DNA of 64,000 nucleotides. Source: the human T2T-CHM13v2.0 reference genome, Homo sapiens. The stretch is from NCBI RefSeq assembly GCF_009914755.1, contig NC_060945.1; one strand, written 5' to 3'. The notes beneath the pieces were generated by a model. It worked only from the letters and a program-made list of their open reading frames with translations. It was not told where the DNA came from and searched no databases. Positions 26,651-41,391 of the stretch are shown here, one piece after another. A program made the translations under genes and the position numbers. The stretch's first letter is position 1. Every line of letters starts with the position of its first letter.

Positions 26651-28494
26651 AGAAACAGAGAAGATAAATCATCATCCCCATTAGCACTCAATGGGGTGGT
26701 GAATTCTACCATGTCTTGTCTCCATCACCCACTGCACAGCACACTGCCTGTGGCTCCCAGCCGTTCAGTGTGCTGTGTCTTCTGGAAGCTGGGCTGGTTA
26801 TCTCCTTGAACAAGTCCTTCGGCCTCTCTGTGCCTCAATTTCTGTACCTATAATTACAGCACCCCCTCCTAGGGTTGCTGTAGAGATTACAAGCTAATAG
26901 CTCTTTAGGGTGTCCCAGGGATCTCCTCTACCTGAAGATTCTTGTCCAAAATGGGCCAACGCCCAGTATTTTGATCCTTCCTTCAACGTTATAATCTCCA
27001 CCATATTTCTGATTCCTAAAGTTTCACCTTTTCCTTGAAACCACTCTGACCATGTGATCTTCATCTGTGTTAATATTCATTTTCCACTGTGCCTCTTCAT
27101 TCAAGCATTAGTGGCATGATTCCATTGGCTTGCATGTGATGCCCATATGGTTTTTTTATTTGGTTATCTGGATTGTATCATTTATTTCATTCCTTTTTCA
27201 TTTGACTATGCTAGTATCAAGGACATAAATGCCCTTTTAAAAACATCTGGTGTAATAATGAGGATGATAATTATAGCTAATATGCATTAAGTTCTCTGCT
27301 GAGAAATGTATTAGCTTTTAATACCTACAGCAATCCTAGGAAGGAGGTTTTGTAAATATGAGTATAAAAATTGAGGCACAGAGAGGCTAAATGGCTTGTT
27401 CAAGATCACACAGGTAGAGAGGAGCGGAGCCAGAATTTTAAACCATGCAGCCCATCTGTTTCCCACCTGGGTATGGATGCATGAACAACTTGGTACATCC
27501 TTGGCTGCTTTTGAACTGTATGTAAAATACCATCAACCTTTCTGCATTCATTTGTGTCTGGCTTCTTTCCTTCCACCTTATGTTTGCAGATATCTACCAT
27601 ACATGTATAGTACCTGTTGTTTCTTTCCTTTTATACACAGAGTTATTATACAGCCCTGAACCAGCATCACCTGGGAACATGCTAGAAATGCACACTCTGG
27701 GGTCCCACAACCTGTCTGAATCATCCCCCACCTGGGGGCTGCTTTACATCTGTTCTTTGTGGCATCCCTCCCCTACCCGTCACCCAGAGCCTTGTTTTCT
27801 AGTACCCTGCGTGCATATTGCAGAAGCAGCTCAGGCTTTGGAATCAGCAGAGCTAACTTTGAGGTTTTTTGGCTCTGCCAATTGATAAGCTATAAAATTA
27901 GGTGGGTATTTATGTTCTGAATCATCTATCAAATGGGTGCAAGGGTGATGCCCACCTCAATAGAGAGAAGCAACACAATTAAATACATGCAAAGACCTTT
28001 GTAGATTATAAAGTGCTTATAAGGTTAGTTTTTTTTCTAGCTAATATTTGTGTTCATGACTTGGTTTTCTAATTACATTGTACATTCCTGTACGGCTAAA
28101 GAGCTTTTCATATATATGTATAGGCAAGGATTGTAAGAAAAAAAGTGTTAAGATAATGGGATCATACAGATTTAAAAATTTTAAATATTTAATGTGGTTT
28201 TTATAAAGGTTGAGCAATAAATAAAATATGTTTAAAAGTAAATTTCACTTATGTAGGTTTTAAATGAAATATTAATGAATTTGATAAATAATATAACGGT
28301 TGTGTCCATCATATCACGTAGAATATTAACAACATAGGTAAAAGATAAAAGGAAAACAGGGGTGTTTTAAGTGCTAACTTTTGTTAACTTGTTTTGAAGA
28401 GAATGGGGTGATGGTCTGCTTACTTTCCAAGAATAGGGTTCCCAGTGGTGTTTTCAAAGAGATTGCTGCTACAGATTAATTGTAGGGCCCATAT

Positions 28495-28645
28495 TTGTGT
28501 GCGTGTGTGCACACACATGTACCCATGAATGTGCCTGTGTGAGCACGTGTGCAATTCTATGCATGTACATTCATTCTTTTGTGTGTGCCTGTGTGCATGT
28601 GTTTGCGTGGATGTGGATGTGTGTTTATGTTCATACCTGCCTGGG
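28495..28645 (+). repeat. Degenerate (TG)n/(TGTGCA)n simple repeat
   Basis: Directly visible. Confidence 0.75.
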
Positions 28646-29624
28646 TGTCTGCTGGAAGACTAGAGGGCAATGGCTCCTAAAGACTTTTAATTATCTTGAA
28701 ACCTTTCTCCCAAATTTTGTGTGAAAGCCAAGATGATGCATTTTTATTATGTTTATTAGAAAATAAATATACAACTATATATTTCTTACTTATTTAAGAA
28801 CGTTCTCATACAGGAAAACCTTAAAGTTCTCAGATGGTCTCTATAACCTTGGCCTATTTTATAGGTTTGTGGAAGGGACAACTGACTTAGAGAGGCTATG
28901 GAGATACAAAATAACACCAATGGTTTTGCAGATAGAAAAGCACCTCTTCTGAAAGAATAAGGAATACACCCAGCCTGTGGAAGCCAGAACCAGCGCCTTT
29001 ACTTTCATAATTCAAAGTGGGGGCGAGATTCTTCTCATGTAACTGAACTGTAGTATTAATGATACAAAGAGATGGAGGTCGTATCCTAGCTTTCGAGTAA
29101 ATGCCAACACAAGCAAGTGTGTCTGCACATGCACACACACAGTCACATGTGCAACTAAAACCAGTGCTTTTTCCTGCTTTGTGTTATGGGCTTATGAGCC
29201 CTGCATCCAGCAGTGAAATGGGTAAACAGATGCATGGCACATTTGCAGGAATACATTCCATGTAACTGTTGGCAGGCTGCACCCCTTCTGTGTCTTCTGT
29301 TTATGTCAGTTGATACATCTTTAAGAAGGGGGAAATGGAAGGAGCAAGGAATTGTTGGCAAACAGCACTGTTAATCAGGAGGTATTTTATGACCCAGCAA
29401 CTCTCAGGGGGTTTTTAAAGTTCAGAGGCTCATGAAGAGACATGTGTAAAGGTCCCTCCCAGGGGAGACGAACAGACACTAATTGAGGTATTGACGGCTC
29501 TAAATGAAGCAGAAACCTGCTAGAAGATTCAGCTCCAAGGAAGATGAGTGCTGCCAAGCAGTGCATGCTGGGGGCCTTAGCAGGTTTCATTCACTGCTCC
29601 TTCATGCAAGTAAGTGTACTCTTG

Positions 29625-29957
<333 letters not shown>

Positions 29958-31014
29958 TCACAGCACAAGGTCCCAAGCTAAAGAGCCACAAAAAATGATC
30001 TGTTGAAGTATTAAAAATATCTCCTTGATCATGTCCCCAATTCTTTGCCTCGGTGAATATTATATTGTATATTTCCCCATATGCACATATAAAACAGGCA
30101 TATAAGATATTTAAGCATGTTTCAAAAACATTCAAGGATAGTAAATAATGTTTAAAAGCATCACCTATAGTTTCTCCTGAAGAAAGATTGTTGCACTGCT
30201 CTCTCCATCCCATTTAGGGAGGATTTATGCAATAAGTATTGGAGGTTTTACCGCATTTGGCCTTTTATATTCGACATGGAACTATCTCACCCACAGAGGC
30301 TTTTTGGCACTGGCAGCAGCACCTGCTTCCTCTTAGAGAGCCTGGGATGCCCAAAGCAGAGGGAACTGTGAAATCTGACACAACGTGTAACCTGTGCTCT
30401 AACTGTATCTCTCTGAACTCCACCCAGTTCTAAGGATAGTAATGTCAGTGCGTCTAGGTAAAGAGAGCTTTGAACACCCGTGTGAGTCTGTGTGTGCCTG
30501 TGTGAATAGCAAATGAGCTGTCACCAGAATACCTTCATCCCAGTAGGTGTGTCCCTAATGACAGGAACAGGATGTGAGGATGAATCCACTGGAAACTGCT
30601 GGGGAAAAGCACCTGAGGCCAGGGGTCAAGGAGGCAGCTCTGGGTAGCAGAGCAGAGGCTGTGAGCATCCTCTGGAGGGCATGTTAGCACACGGGGGTAG
30701 GCCCGACCTGTGGAGCTGACTCAGTGGGTCTAGGGGGGACTCCAGAGGCTGTACATTCTACATGTTCCTGAGGTACAATGGTACAGCTGGGTAGGTGGTG
30801 GAGGAGGGCACACATTGAGACCCAGTGAGAGGAATGGGTGCCTCCAGCATCAACCATATTTCCTGGGCCATTTCCACATAGCTATTTGGATGTGTTATAT
30901 CAAGTAAGTTAAAACTCTGCTTTTATTTTTTAAAAATCCCAATAATGTGGTAGTAAACATTTCTAATCCTTGCTTTTCCTGGGATTTGCCAAAAAAAAAA
31001 AAAAAATGTTCAAA

Positions 31015-31235
31015 AGAAGCCTGGGCAACATAGCAAGACCCCATCTCTACAAAAAATAATAATAATAAATAACTGGGCATGGTAGCACATGACTGTAGTC
31101 CCAGCTAGCTGGGGGACTGAGGTGGGAGGACCCCTTGGGCCCAACAGGTCAAGGCTGCAGTGAACTCTGTTCATGCCACTGCATTCCACCCTGGGCAGCA
31201 GAACAAGACTTTGTCTCAAAACAAAACAAAAACAA
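31015..31235 (+). mobile_element. 5'-truncated AluJ
   Basis: cctgggcaacatagcaagacccc...aggtcaaggctgcagtga...(AAAAC)n tail. Confidence 0.85.
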
Positions 31236-31996
31236 TTTAAAGAAAATTTAGGTGATTTATTTTCCATTTCAAGAAAAGAAAGACATTGCATGCATGATAC
31301 CCCAGGATAGAAACCACAAAGATAGTGCTTAGCAGATTTGACAATGCATCCTGCTAAAGATTCTGTATGGCAATAAACATGCAAACAAATAAATATGGAA
31401 AACAAAATTTTAAAAAAGTCAAACCGAAAAAAAATTGTAACTATAGTAAAAAAGTATTATTATGCAATAACATAAATTTATAAATACTAAAAACAATCCC
31501 AGAAAAAGTGAAAAAGGATAGAGAATTCATTAAACAAATGGAAATTTCAATATTAAAATACCAAGATATTCAAATTCTTTCTATAATTTCTTTAATTTCT
31601 GTGAAATTTTCTTGCCATTGCAGAGCAGATGACTGAAAGTGTCCAGTTTGGTAGGAGGTGGGGACTGGGGTGCTGGCACTCTAGTCTTGCAATGGAAATG
31701 TCTGATGGTACAGTCTTCTGGGAAGCCAGTTTGGCCAGGTGTAAAAATATGTTGTGTGAGCAGATCTTTTGACCCTGTAATTCCTTTTCTTGTATTTTAT
31801 CCTAGGAAATTAATTAGATAAATGTGCACAGTTTATGTATAAGGATGGCTCATTGCAATCTTATTGATTATAGGAGCCTTTAGGCACAACATAAATGTTC
31901 ACAGTTACTTAAAAAGTAATTACACATCTATAAGTGGCATATTATTCAGCCCCTAAAACACAAAAACTATAATGTAAAGTCTCAGAAAGATAGATC

Positions 31997-32372
31997 TGTG
32001 TTCATTTGCTAGGTCTGCCATAATAAATTATCATGGATTGGCCTCAATAATAGGACTTTATTATCTCACAGTCCTGGAGGCTCGAGGTCCAAGACCAAGT
32101 TGTTGACAGGGTTGGTTCCTCCTGAGGCCTCTCTCCGTGGCTTGCAGATAACCATCTTCACCCGGGGTCCTCACACGGTCACTCCTCCATGTGTGTGGCT
32201 GCACGCTAACCTCTTCTTAGAAGGACACCAGTCAGATTAGATGAGAACTACCCTTAGGACCTAATTTTACCTTAATCACCTCTTTAAGCCTCTATCTTCA
32301 AATACAGTCACAGCAGGAGTTGCGGCTTCAACATGCGAATTTTAGGGGGAGACACAAGTTAGTTCCTAATAA
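31997..32372 (-). mobile_element. MLT1A-like LTR
   Basis: ctcacagtcctggaggctcgaggtccaagacc...cttcaacatgcgaattttaggggg. Confidence 0.8.
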
Positions 32373-32428
32373 TACCTATAATACATTATCAATGGAATAA
32401 AAATGGAATCCATGGAGTAATAGATTTA

Positions 32429-32753
<325 letters not shown>

Positions 32754-34669
32754 CTAAACCGGGCCACAATTCCATTGTCACAGAAAGTGGCAGCGAATCT
32801 CAAAGGGTTTTCGGTTGAGCATGGAGAATGGCTCACTGAGCTGTTGCTTTCATCGTTTTCCCCAAGGATCTTGGAGTGCTGCATGCTCTCATATTCTCAC
32901 ATGGTCAGGAGTTCTTACTCACCAGGAAACAGCTGGGGAAAGAAGTAACATGTCCTCTCTAACTTACATGTGAAGGAACATTTTGAGTATGACGAGAACA
33001 TGCAGAAAGATCTCCTGACATAACTGTTATCCGTAGGGGGTTCCATTTAGCCCTACACAAAATCCCCTTGGGTTGCGAAACAGAAATATGGAGAGGCAGC
33101 TGCGGCTTTCACTGCCCTACTCCTCCCTCCTCTTAACCTTTCATTTAAAAATCTAAAACAGGCCAATCTGATCCTCTAGGAAGATTAAGAAATTTTTGCT
33201 GGCAATAGGAAGCATGCAACTAAGGAAAAAGCCCTCAAAACAAACAGCCCCTCAAAGATGAGGTCTGAGCTATTGTGATTTCTTTTCAGAAGCTCTAAGA
33301 GCAAGACAGCTGACAGCTAAATGAGCGGGCACTATTTTGAGAACTCGCATTCAGGATTAATTGTAGGGGTGAGGTTCTGTGGGCTCAGAGAGGCTGCCTG
33401 TAGCCACGAGGACAATGAGTGATTCTCCCCTCATCGTCTTCCACTTGGGACTCTCAGAGCTGGTTGCCATGGTTGATGAAGTGAAGTGCACATGCTTCCG
33501 CCTTGATGACAGTGAGTGACAGGAGGTTGTTAAGGAAGCAGTGGGGGAGGATGAGTGAGAAGGTTATGCAGGGTGTGTGGCCAACCCTGGACCTGTCCAG
33601 TATAATGCCAGGCTTTGAGCAAAATGCCAAGAAGAAGACTGGATGAAGTGAGAAACTACTCATTTCATAGACGTTGCATGGCGATGCCTGCACACACAAG
33701 ACTCCTACATTTCTGTTCTTCCTCTTCTGCTCTCTTTTCCACTCTTACCCTTGCTGATCTGACCTGCTTGGGCTGTCTCGATTATTTCTTATAAAGCCCT
33801 GACCACTCTCTCCTGAGCTGCTGTCTCCCATCTCTGGAGGTCAGCCAGGTACTTCCATTTGGAAGGCACACCATCCCCTTACAATCAACATGAGACAGAT
33901 GAAATGTGGCACCTTTCCTTCCAAGCTTTCTCCCTGTCCCTATTCCTGTCCCAGGCTCCTCCTTGGATGGATTCCAGGTCCCCAAGGCAATCAGTGGCCT
34001 GGTCCTTCTTGGTCAAGGTTCATAGCATCATTTAAATTAGACTTGTCCCCTCTAGGCCCGTGACCATCAGCTTACTGCAAGCCATAATCAGGATGCCTGT
34101 GCTGGGCTGTGAAATGGCATTATAACTCATCGCTCATTCATCTTCCTTTTCCACTCCAGTCTATCCTAGGGCTCTGCCAGACTCAGCTTCCTCACATGCA
34201 ACTTCCAGTATGATATCCTCTCACTTGCAATTTACAATGTCTTCCTGCTATTTACAGATTAAGCTCAGTTTTCACAGCTTAAAAGTTAAGACGTTTTATA
34301 ATCTTGCTGCAACCTATGTTTCCAGTTACCCACTAACTCCTTCTTTACCCAGACATTCCACCCCAGCACTCAAACATACCTTGTATGTTTCTCCACCTCC
34401 CCCATTCCCTATTTTGAGGTCTGAGAACATGGTTTTCCTTTTCCAGGTATGACTGGCTGGCACTGTTTTGCCATTCTGAAAATTACCTCCAGTTCTTCAA
34501 GTTGGATTTCATTCCACCTTCCAGGTTAAACTCACGTCCTACCTCCTCTATGGAGCCCTCCCTGACCTCACCCCTACAAGGGGCTCTCCCTTCTCCAAAC
34601 TCCCACAACTTTTTAATGTATATATTCACATTTATTGCACATATATATCTTTTGGCATTTACTTTTACA

Positions 34670-35900
<1,231 letters not shown>

Positions 35901-36258
35901 CCAGGCATGCATTTTTGATGTGTAGACCTATCCACCTATCCATCAGGGCATGAGTCAAACATTTCCAAAGGCAGTGACTTGTCCTTGGTACAGCCCATGA
36001 TGCATCAGACATGTAGATTCTCACCAAATACCTATGGACCAACTGCCTTCTATCTAGAAGTGTTATCACACTTTCCACTGCATACTCTGCTAATAGGCAC
36101 TTTTATCCACACCTCATTATTCTCCTCCATCATTGCCCTCTGGATTGTAAACTGCTTGAGGTTAAAGATGATGTCTTAATTGTGTAGACCCTAATTGTTG
36201 GCAAATAGTAGCTGCTACACAAATTTGTGTGTGTGTGGGTTTTGTTGTGGGAGACTGA

Positions 36259-36573
<315 letters not shown>

Positions 36574-36657
36574 AATTCTGCAACTTTTTTTATTGCAAAG
36601 AAGGAAGGGTGCTCAAGGCATAGAGAACAACACAGAGGCCTCACCTTGAGAGGCATA

Positions 36658-36737
36658 GCCATGGGGTTTAGATTGAACATGAATTTAGTTTTGATACTTA
36701 AGAATTCTAACTTCATGTTCAATCTAAACACCATGGC
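36658..36737 (-). ncRNA. MIR4760: Intronic miRNA hairpin MIR4760
   Basis: 31-bp inverted arms (36658-36688 and 36707-36737, 2 mismatches) with an 18-nt loop. The minus-strand 5' arm contains UUUAGAUUGAACAUGAAGUUAG, which I recall as miR-4760-5p, and I recall MIR4760 being hosted in DSCAM. The hairpin is seen directly; the name is from recall. Confidence 0.85.
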
Positions 36738-36986
36738 AGCCCTGGTCTCAGCCTTACCTCTGCAGTCTAGTTGTCGCTTGGACAGTACATCCTTTCCCAG
36801 TAACGAGATGACACACCCCTGTGCATATTTCAGGCTGCTTTCTATCTTGTTTTTCACCATTCTCACACCAAGAACACCAAGGTTTGTGAGGCCTCTGTTG
36901 TATATTGTGACAAAGAGCAATTTATATGGTTGGCAATAAAGTAGGTTTTTTAGGGGTTGATATTTTTCAGTTTAATTTTCATCCCT

Positions 36987-37438
36987 TTAGTGGGTTGAAT
37001 TGTGGTCCTTCAAAAATATATCAACATCCCAACCCCTGGAATCTCAGAATATGACCTTACTTGGAAATACAGTCTTTGCAGAGTTAAAGAAAGTAAGAAC
37101 CTCTAGATAAGGACATCCTTCATTAGGGTGGGTCCTAAATCCACTGAAGAATGTCATGTAAGAGACAGAAAAGGAGAAGGCACAGAGACACAAAAAAGAA
37201 GCCATGTGAAGGTGGAGGCAGAGACTGGAGTGAGGCAGCCACAGGCTCAGCAGTGTGAAGGGTTGAGGAAGCCTCTGGAGGCTGGGAGAGGTGAGGAACT
37301 GATGTGCCCTCAGAGCCTCCAGAAGGCACCAGCCCTGCTGACTTCTTGATTTCAGATGTCTGTGAGAGAAGAAACGTCTGTTGTTTTAAGCCACTCCATC
37401 GTGGTCATTTTGCATGGCAGACCTAAGAAACGGATGCC
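36987..37438 (+). mobile_element. MLT1B/C-like LTR
   Basis: gtgggttgaattgtggtcc...tgaccttacttggaaatacagtctttgcag...gttgttttaagccac...aagaaacggatgc. Confidence 0.85.
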
Positions 37439-38739
37439 ATCTTCAAGATCATTTGAACAGTATAGAAAAATGTATTTCACAAAACTTTTACTTATTATTT
37501 CACATTTTTAAACTTCATATTCCACGTTTTGCTTTATTTTGGGTATCAAGGCTTCTAGGGCATATTTTAATCACCCCAGAAGCATGGACATAATAAGACC
37601 TGGTTAAAGAGTGCACTGTGAGTGAGCCATGGGGTGAAGGATCCTGCTGCTGCCTCACAGCCTCCTGCCTCCCTGTGCACACATAGGTTTACTGTCAGGA
37701 CTGTAATGAGGTTTGCATGAATAAACAGCTTTAGAAACAGCTTTCAAGTTTCCACCAAAATACCTGTTAGGAAGTCTTGTTTCCACCATAATTGCTAATT
37801 GCTTACCTACATGTGACCTGGGTATCCATAATGCAGACATGAGCAACACATGATTGTAGAAAATTCTAATTTAAATTATTACATTTTTATTTGGGTTGCA
37901 CTCAGAAAACATCTTAGGCAGCCACTGCAGATTATTTCTAGAAGCGAAGGGAAACCTGGCTTGGAGATGGAGTGGGTGAGAAGCTAGAAGGGAATCTGTT
38001 AAGGATGCCAGGGATGGAGGGGTTCCTTCTCCATGAAAATAAGTGGAGTCAAGGAGGAATCCTTGAGGCAGCCTCTCCAAGACATGCAGGATCATGGGTT
38101 TTGACTTGGGGAATTTTACGATATTCCAGTGCAGGGATATAAGGAGGCAATGTCCAGGGAACAGGGCTCTTCCCCCAAAGACAGAACCCCTGGGTCCCTC
38201 ATCCTTTCCGCATCTTCTGCTGTGTTTGGTATCCAAGGCCCTTGGCCCAGCCATTTGGAGTCCACTCAAATCCACACCTACATGGTGAGGAATAAAGGGA
38301 GACAAACTCATTGGAGTCATTGTCCCCATAGAGCTTCCTTTCCTAGACAGACGGAAACCCAGCAAACACACAAAGCGAGACATCAGGCAATGAGTGATAC
38401 CTGGGTGTAGAGAACAAGGCATCCCTTCTATTCTTGCTCCTAAGGATTTCAGGTAGTTTGTTGCCCAGCCCACTTAGGCTATAAATGCTGCTTTCTCTCC
38501 AACTAGTCATAGCTATCAGCCAGCCTGGCCACTTTGGAAATAAGAATATTTAATGCACTCATGGACGTGGGAGCCTGTGTTCTAAGACATTCTTACTCAG
38601 TCATAGTTAGCTGAGACTCTAAAGAGTGGCATATGTAATCAAGATAAAATATGAAGTGTGCATCTGGTATATTTTGGAGCCTATAAAGAAACATTCTGTG
38701 CTGATAATATTTACATTGGGTTTTTCTTGTTGTTATGTT

Positions 38740-39790
38740 TTTCCAAGATGATGGAATATAGGCATTGCTAGCATTCCTTTTCCACTTGGAAAGATAAAAT
38801 AGTGTGTAGAGATTCACACTGTGAACTTTTTTCCAAGAAGGAACACAGGACCGTAAACAGCTTTGAAAGAAGCTGTGAGTAGCAGCCTACACCGCTGTCT
38901 TTGGGAAACACCACTGAACATGTAAGGATTCTTATAGACTACAGGTAAAGGGTGGAAAAAGAGATTTCCAGCAAATGGAAGCCAAAAACAAGGAGTAGCG
39001 ATTCTGATATCAAATAAAACGGACTTCAAAGCAACAACAGCAAAAAACAAAACAAAACAAAACAAAAAACAACAAGAAAAAGACAAAGGTCACTATATAA
39101 TGATAAAATGACCAATTAAACAAGAAGATGTAACAATTGTAAATATATATGCATCAAATTCCAGAGTTCCTAAGTTCTTGAAGCAATCAGTATATCAAAA
39201 AGACACCTGTACACATGTTTATCACAGCACAATTCACAACTGTAAAGATATGGAATCAACCTGAGTCCTCATCAATCCATGAATGGATAAAGAAAATGTG
39301 GTTCATACACAACTTACCCATGTAAAAAACCTGTACGTGTACCCTGAGCCTAAAATAACAGTTGGAAAGGAAAAAAATCATAAAAGCAAGACTCAACTAA
39401 AAAAAAACAAAAAGAAAAAATTGTGATATATATACCATGAAATGCAACCCAGCCATAAAAAAAAATATAATGACTTTTATAGCAACTTGGATGAAACTGG
39501 GGGCCGTTATTCTAAGTGAAGTAACTCAGGAATTAAAAACCAGGTACTCATGCTCTCACTTATAAGTGGGAGCTAAGCTATAGGTATGCCAAGGCATTCA
39601 GAGTGGTGTAATGGACATTGGAGACTCAGAAGTGGGGAGGGAGGTGAGGAATGAAAAACTAGCAGTCGGGTAAATGTACACTATTTGGGTGATGGGTGCA
39701 CTAAAATCCTAGACTTCACCACTACACGATTCATCCACGTAACCAAAAACCACTTGTACCATTAAAACTAATGAAAGAAAAAAATTAACT
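38740..39790 (+). mobile_element. Condensed L1PB-like element (5'-end-like piece, ORF2 endonuclease piece, ORF2 end/3'UTR) with a nested short L1 3' end
   Basis: ORF2-EN-like aaagggtggaaaaag...gcaaatggaagccaaaaacaaggagtagcgattctgatatc (38940-39170) joins directly to aatcagtatatcaaaaagacacctg (39184). The L1PB-type 3'UTR reads gagctaagctataggtatgcc. Confidence 0.7.
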
Positions 39791-40080
39791 AATTAATTTA
39801 AAAACCACACTGGGGAGTCCCTGCATACTAAGTAGGTAGAACAAATCAATCATAAATGACTGCCATTTTGTCTACATGCTGTATAAAAAAGGTGAAACTG
39901 CTCCTTTTCTTCTCCTTTTAAAAAAAAAAAAACAACTTTGGTATTTGTGCTCAAGACTACTATGGGAAGGACCCAGTTATAAACATGCATTTCACGCCAA
40001 TATTTCTTCTTCAGAATAAGTGCTAAGCAAGTCAAGACATGCAATGATTTGTTTTGGCCTCCTATAAAACGAATGAGCCC

Positions 40081-40390
40081 TTTTTGTTTTGTATTTGTTT
40101 TAGAGACAGGATCTCTCTGTCACCCAGGCTGGTGTGCAAGATCATAGCTCACTGCAACCTCAAACTCCTGGGCTCAAGTGATCCTCCCACCTCAGCCGTC
40201 TGCCCAAGTAGCTAAGACTACAGTCATGTGTCAGCATGCCTGCCTAATTTAAAAAAAAATTTTTTTTTTTTTTAGAAACAGAGTTTCAATATGTTGCCCA
40301 GGCTGGTCTTTAACTTATGGCCTCAAGTGATCCTTCCACCTCGGCCTCCCAAAGCTCTGGGATTTCAGGCATGAACGACTACACCCAGCC
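40081..40390 (-). mobile_element. AluJ
   Basis: atcatagctcactgcaacctcaaactcctgggctcaagtgatcctccc (J-type). Confidence 0.88.
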
Positions 40391-41391
40391 AATGATCCAT
40401 TTTTTTATGAAATTTATATTAAACTGGTTGCTTTATAAAAAAAGCTTTTAAAAACCTCTAGAGGCAAAGTCCGTCTATTTTAGAATCTTGATAGAAATCA
40501 TAGGCTTATCTACATGGATATCTATAATCAACACCTATTAATGCATCATCAGTTACAAAACCAAAGTGAGAACTGTGAGTATAGGAAAATGTCAATACTG
40601 TTTAAACTAGATTTATGCAACCACAAGGAATATCACTTAAATTGTTCATCATAGAGCAGATTTTGCACCTGGCAGATGAGACTGTTGTCACAGCAGCACA
40701 GGTAACACCCAGCAGTAAGGCCAGGAGGCCCCTCCCGCAGCCAACCAGTGCCCCCATGAGAAGGCAGCCACTGCCCTACCTCCCCCCTGGAGCTGCTGCC
40801 CTGTTAGAACGTGATGGAACAGACAGGACACCTTGGCAGGGCTAAGTGACCAATGTCTTTTCTTGGCCGAGAATCTCATGTCATTTGCATTATTTTTCAA
40901 AGTCGGTCACCCTAAGTAGAAAACAAAGATGGCTGTGTCTGAAAAACTGAACACAACTAATGATTCCATTCCCAGGCCAGAAAAGGGACCAGTGGACAGA
41001 TTTCTCTCCTCAAACTCTAAAACACAACCTGGCTTTCTAAAAGAGAATATCTGTTATCCCTTTCTCAAAAATGCCATGACAAAGATTTTCATCATTTCAA
41101 GATTATTGTATATTTGACGTCTCAGAAGACTATGTATATATCTTACTATTGTATTACATTTCTTGATTATATTTTTCTGATTGCAAATGAATAGAAGCTT
41201 AATGCAGAAGGTTTGAAAAATGCAGAAAAGTATAAAAAAGCATAGAAAGGTATCATTCATAATTGTAATACTGAGAGAAGCAACCATTTTAACAAGCACA
41301 TTTTCTTCTATCTAAAAAGATATGATTTCTGAGCCTTGTCAACATAATACTACATATATGTATACATACACTTTTCAAACGTCCTGCTTTT

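Noticed and set aside
37871-38473. 200-aa and similar 100-190-aa ORFs (e.g. 19711-20283, 9439-9954)
   Set aside because: No recognisable domain or splice context, and lengths are compatible with chance in six frames of 64 kb.
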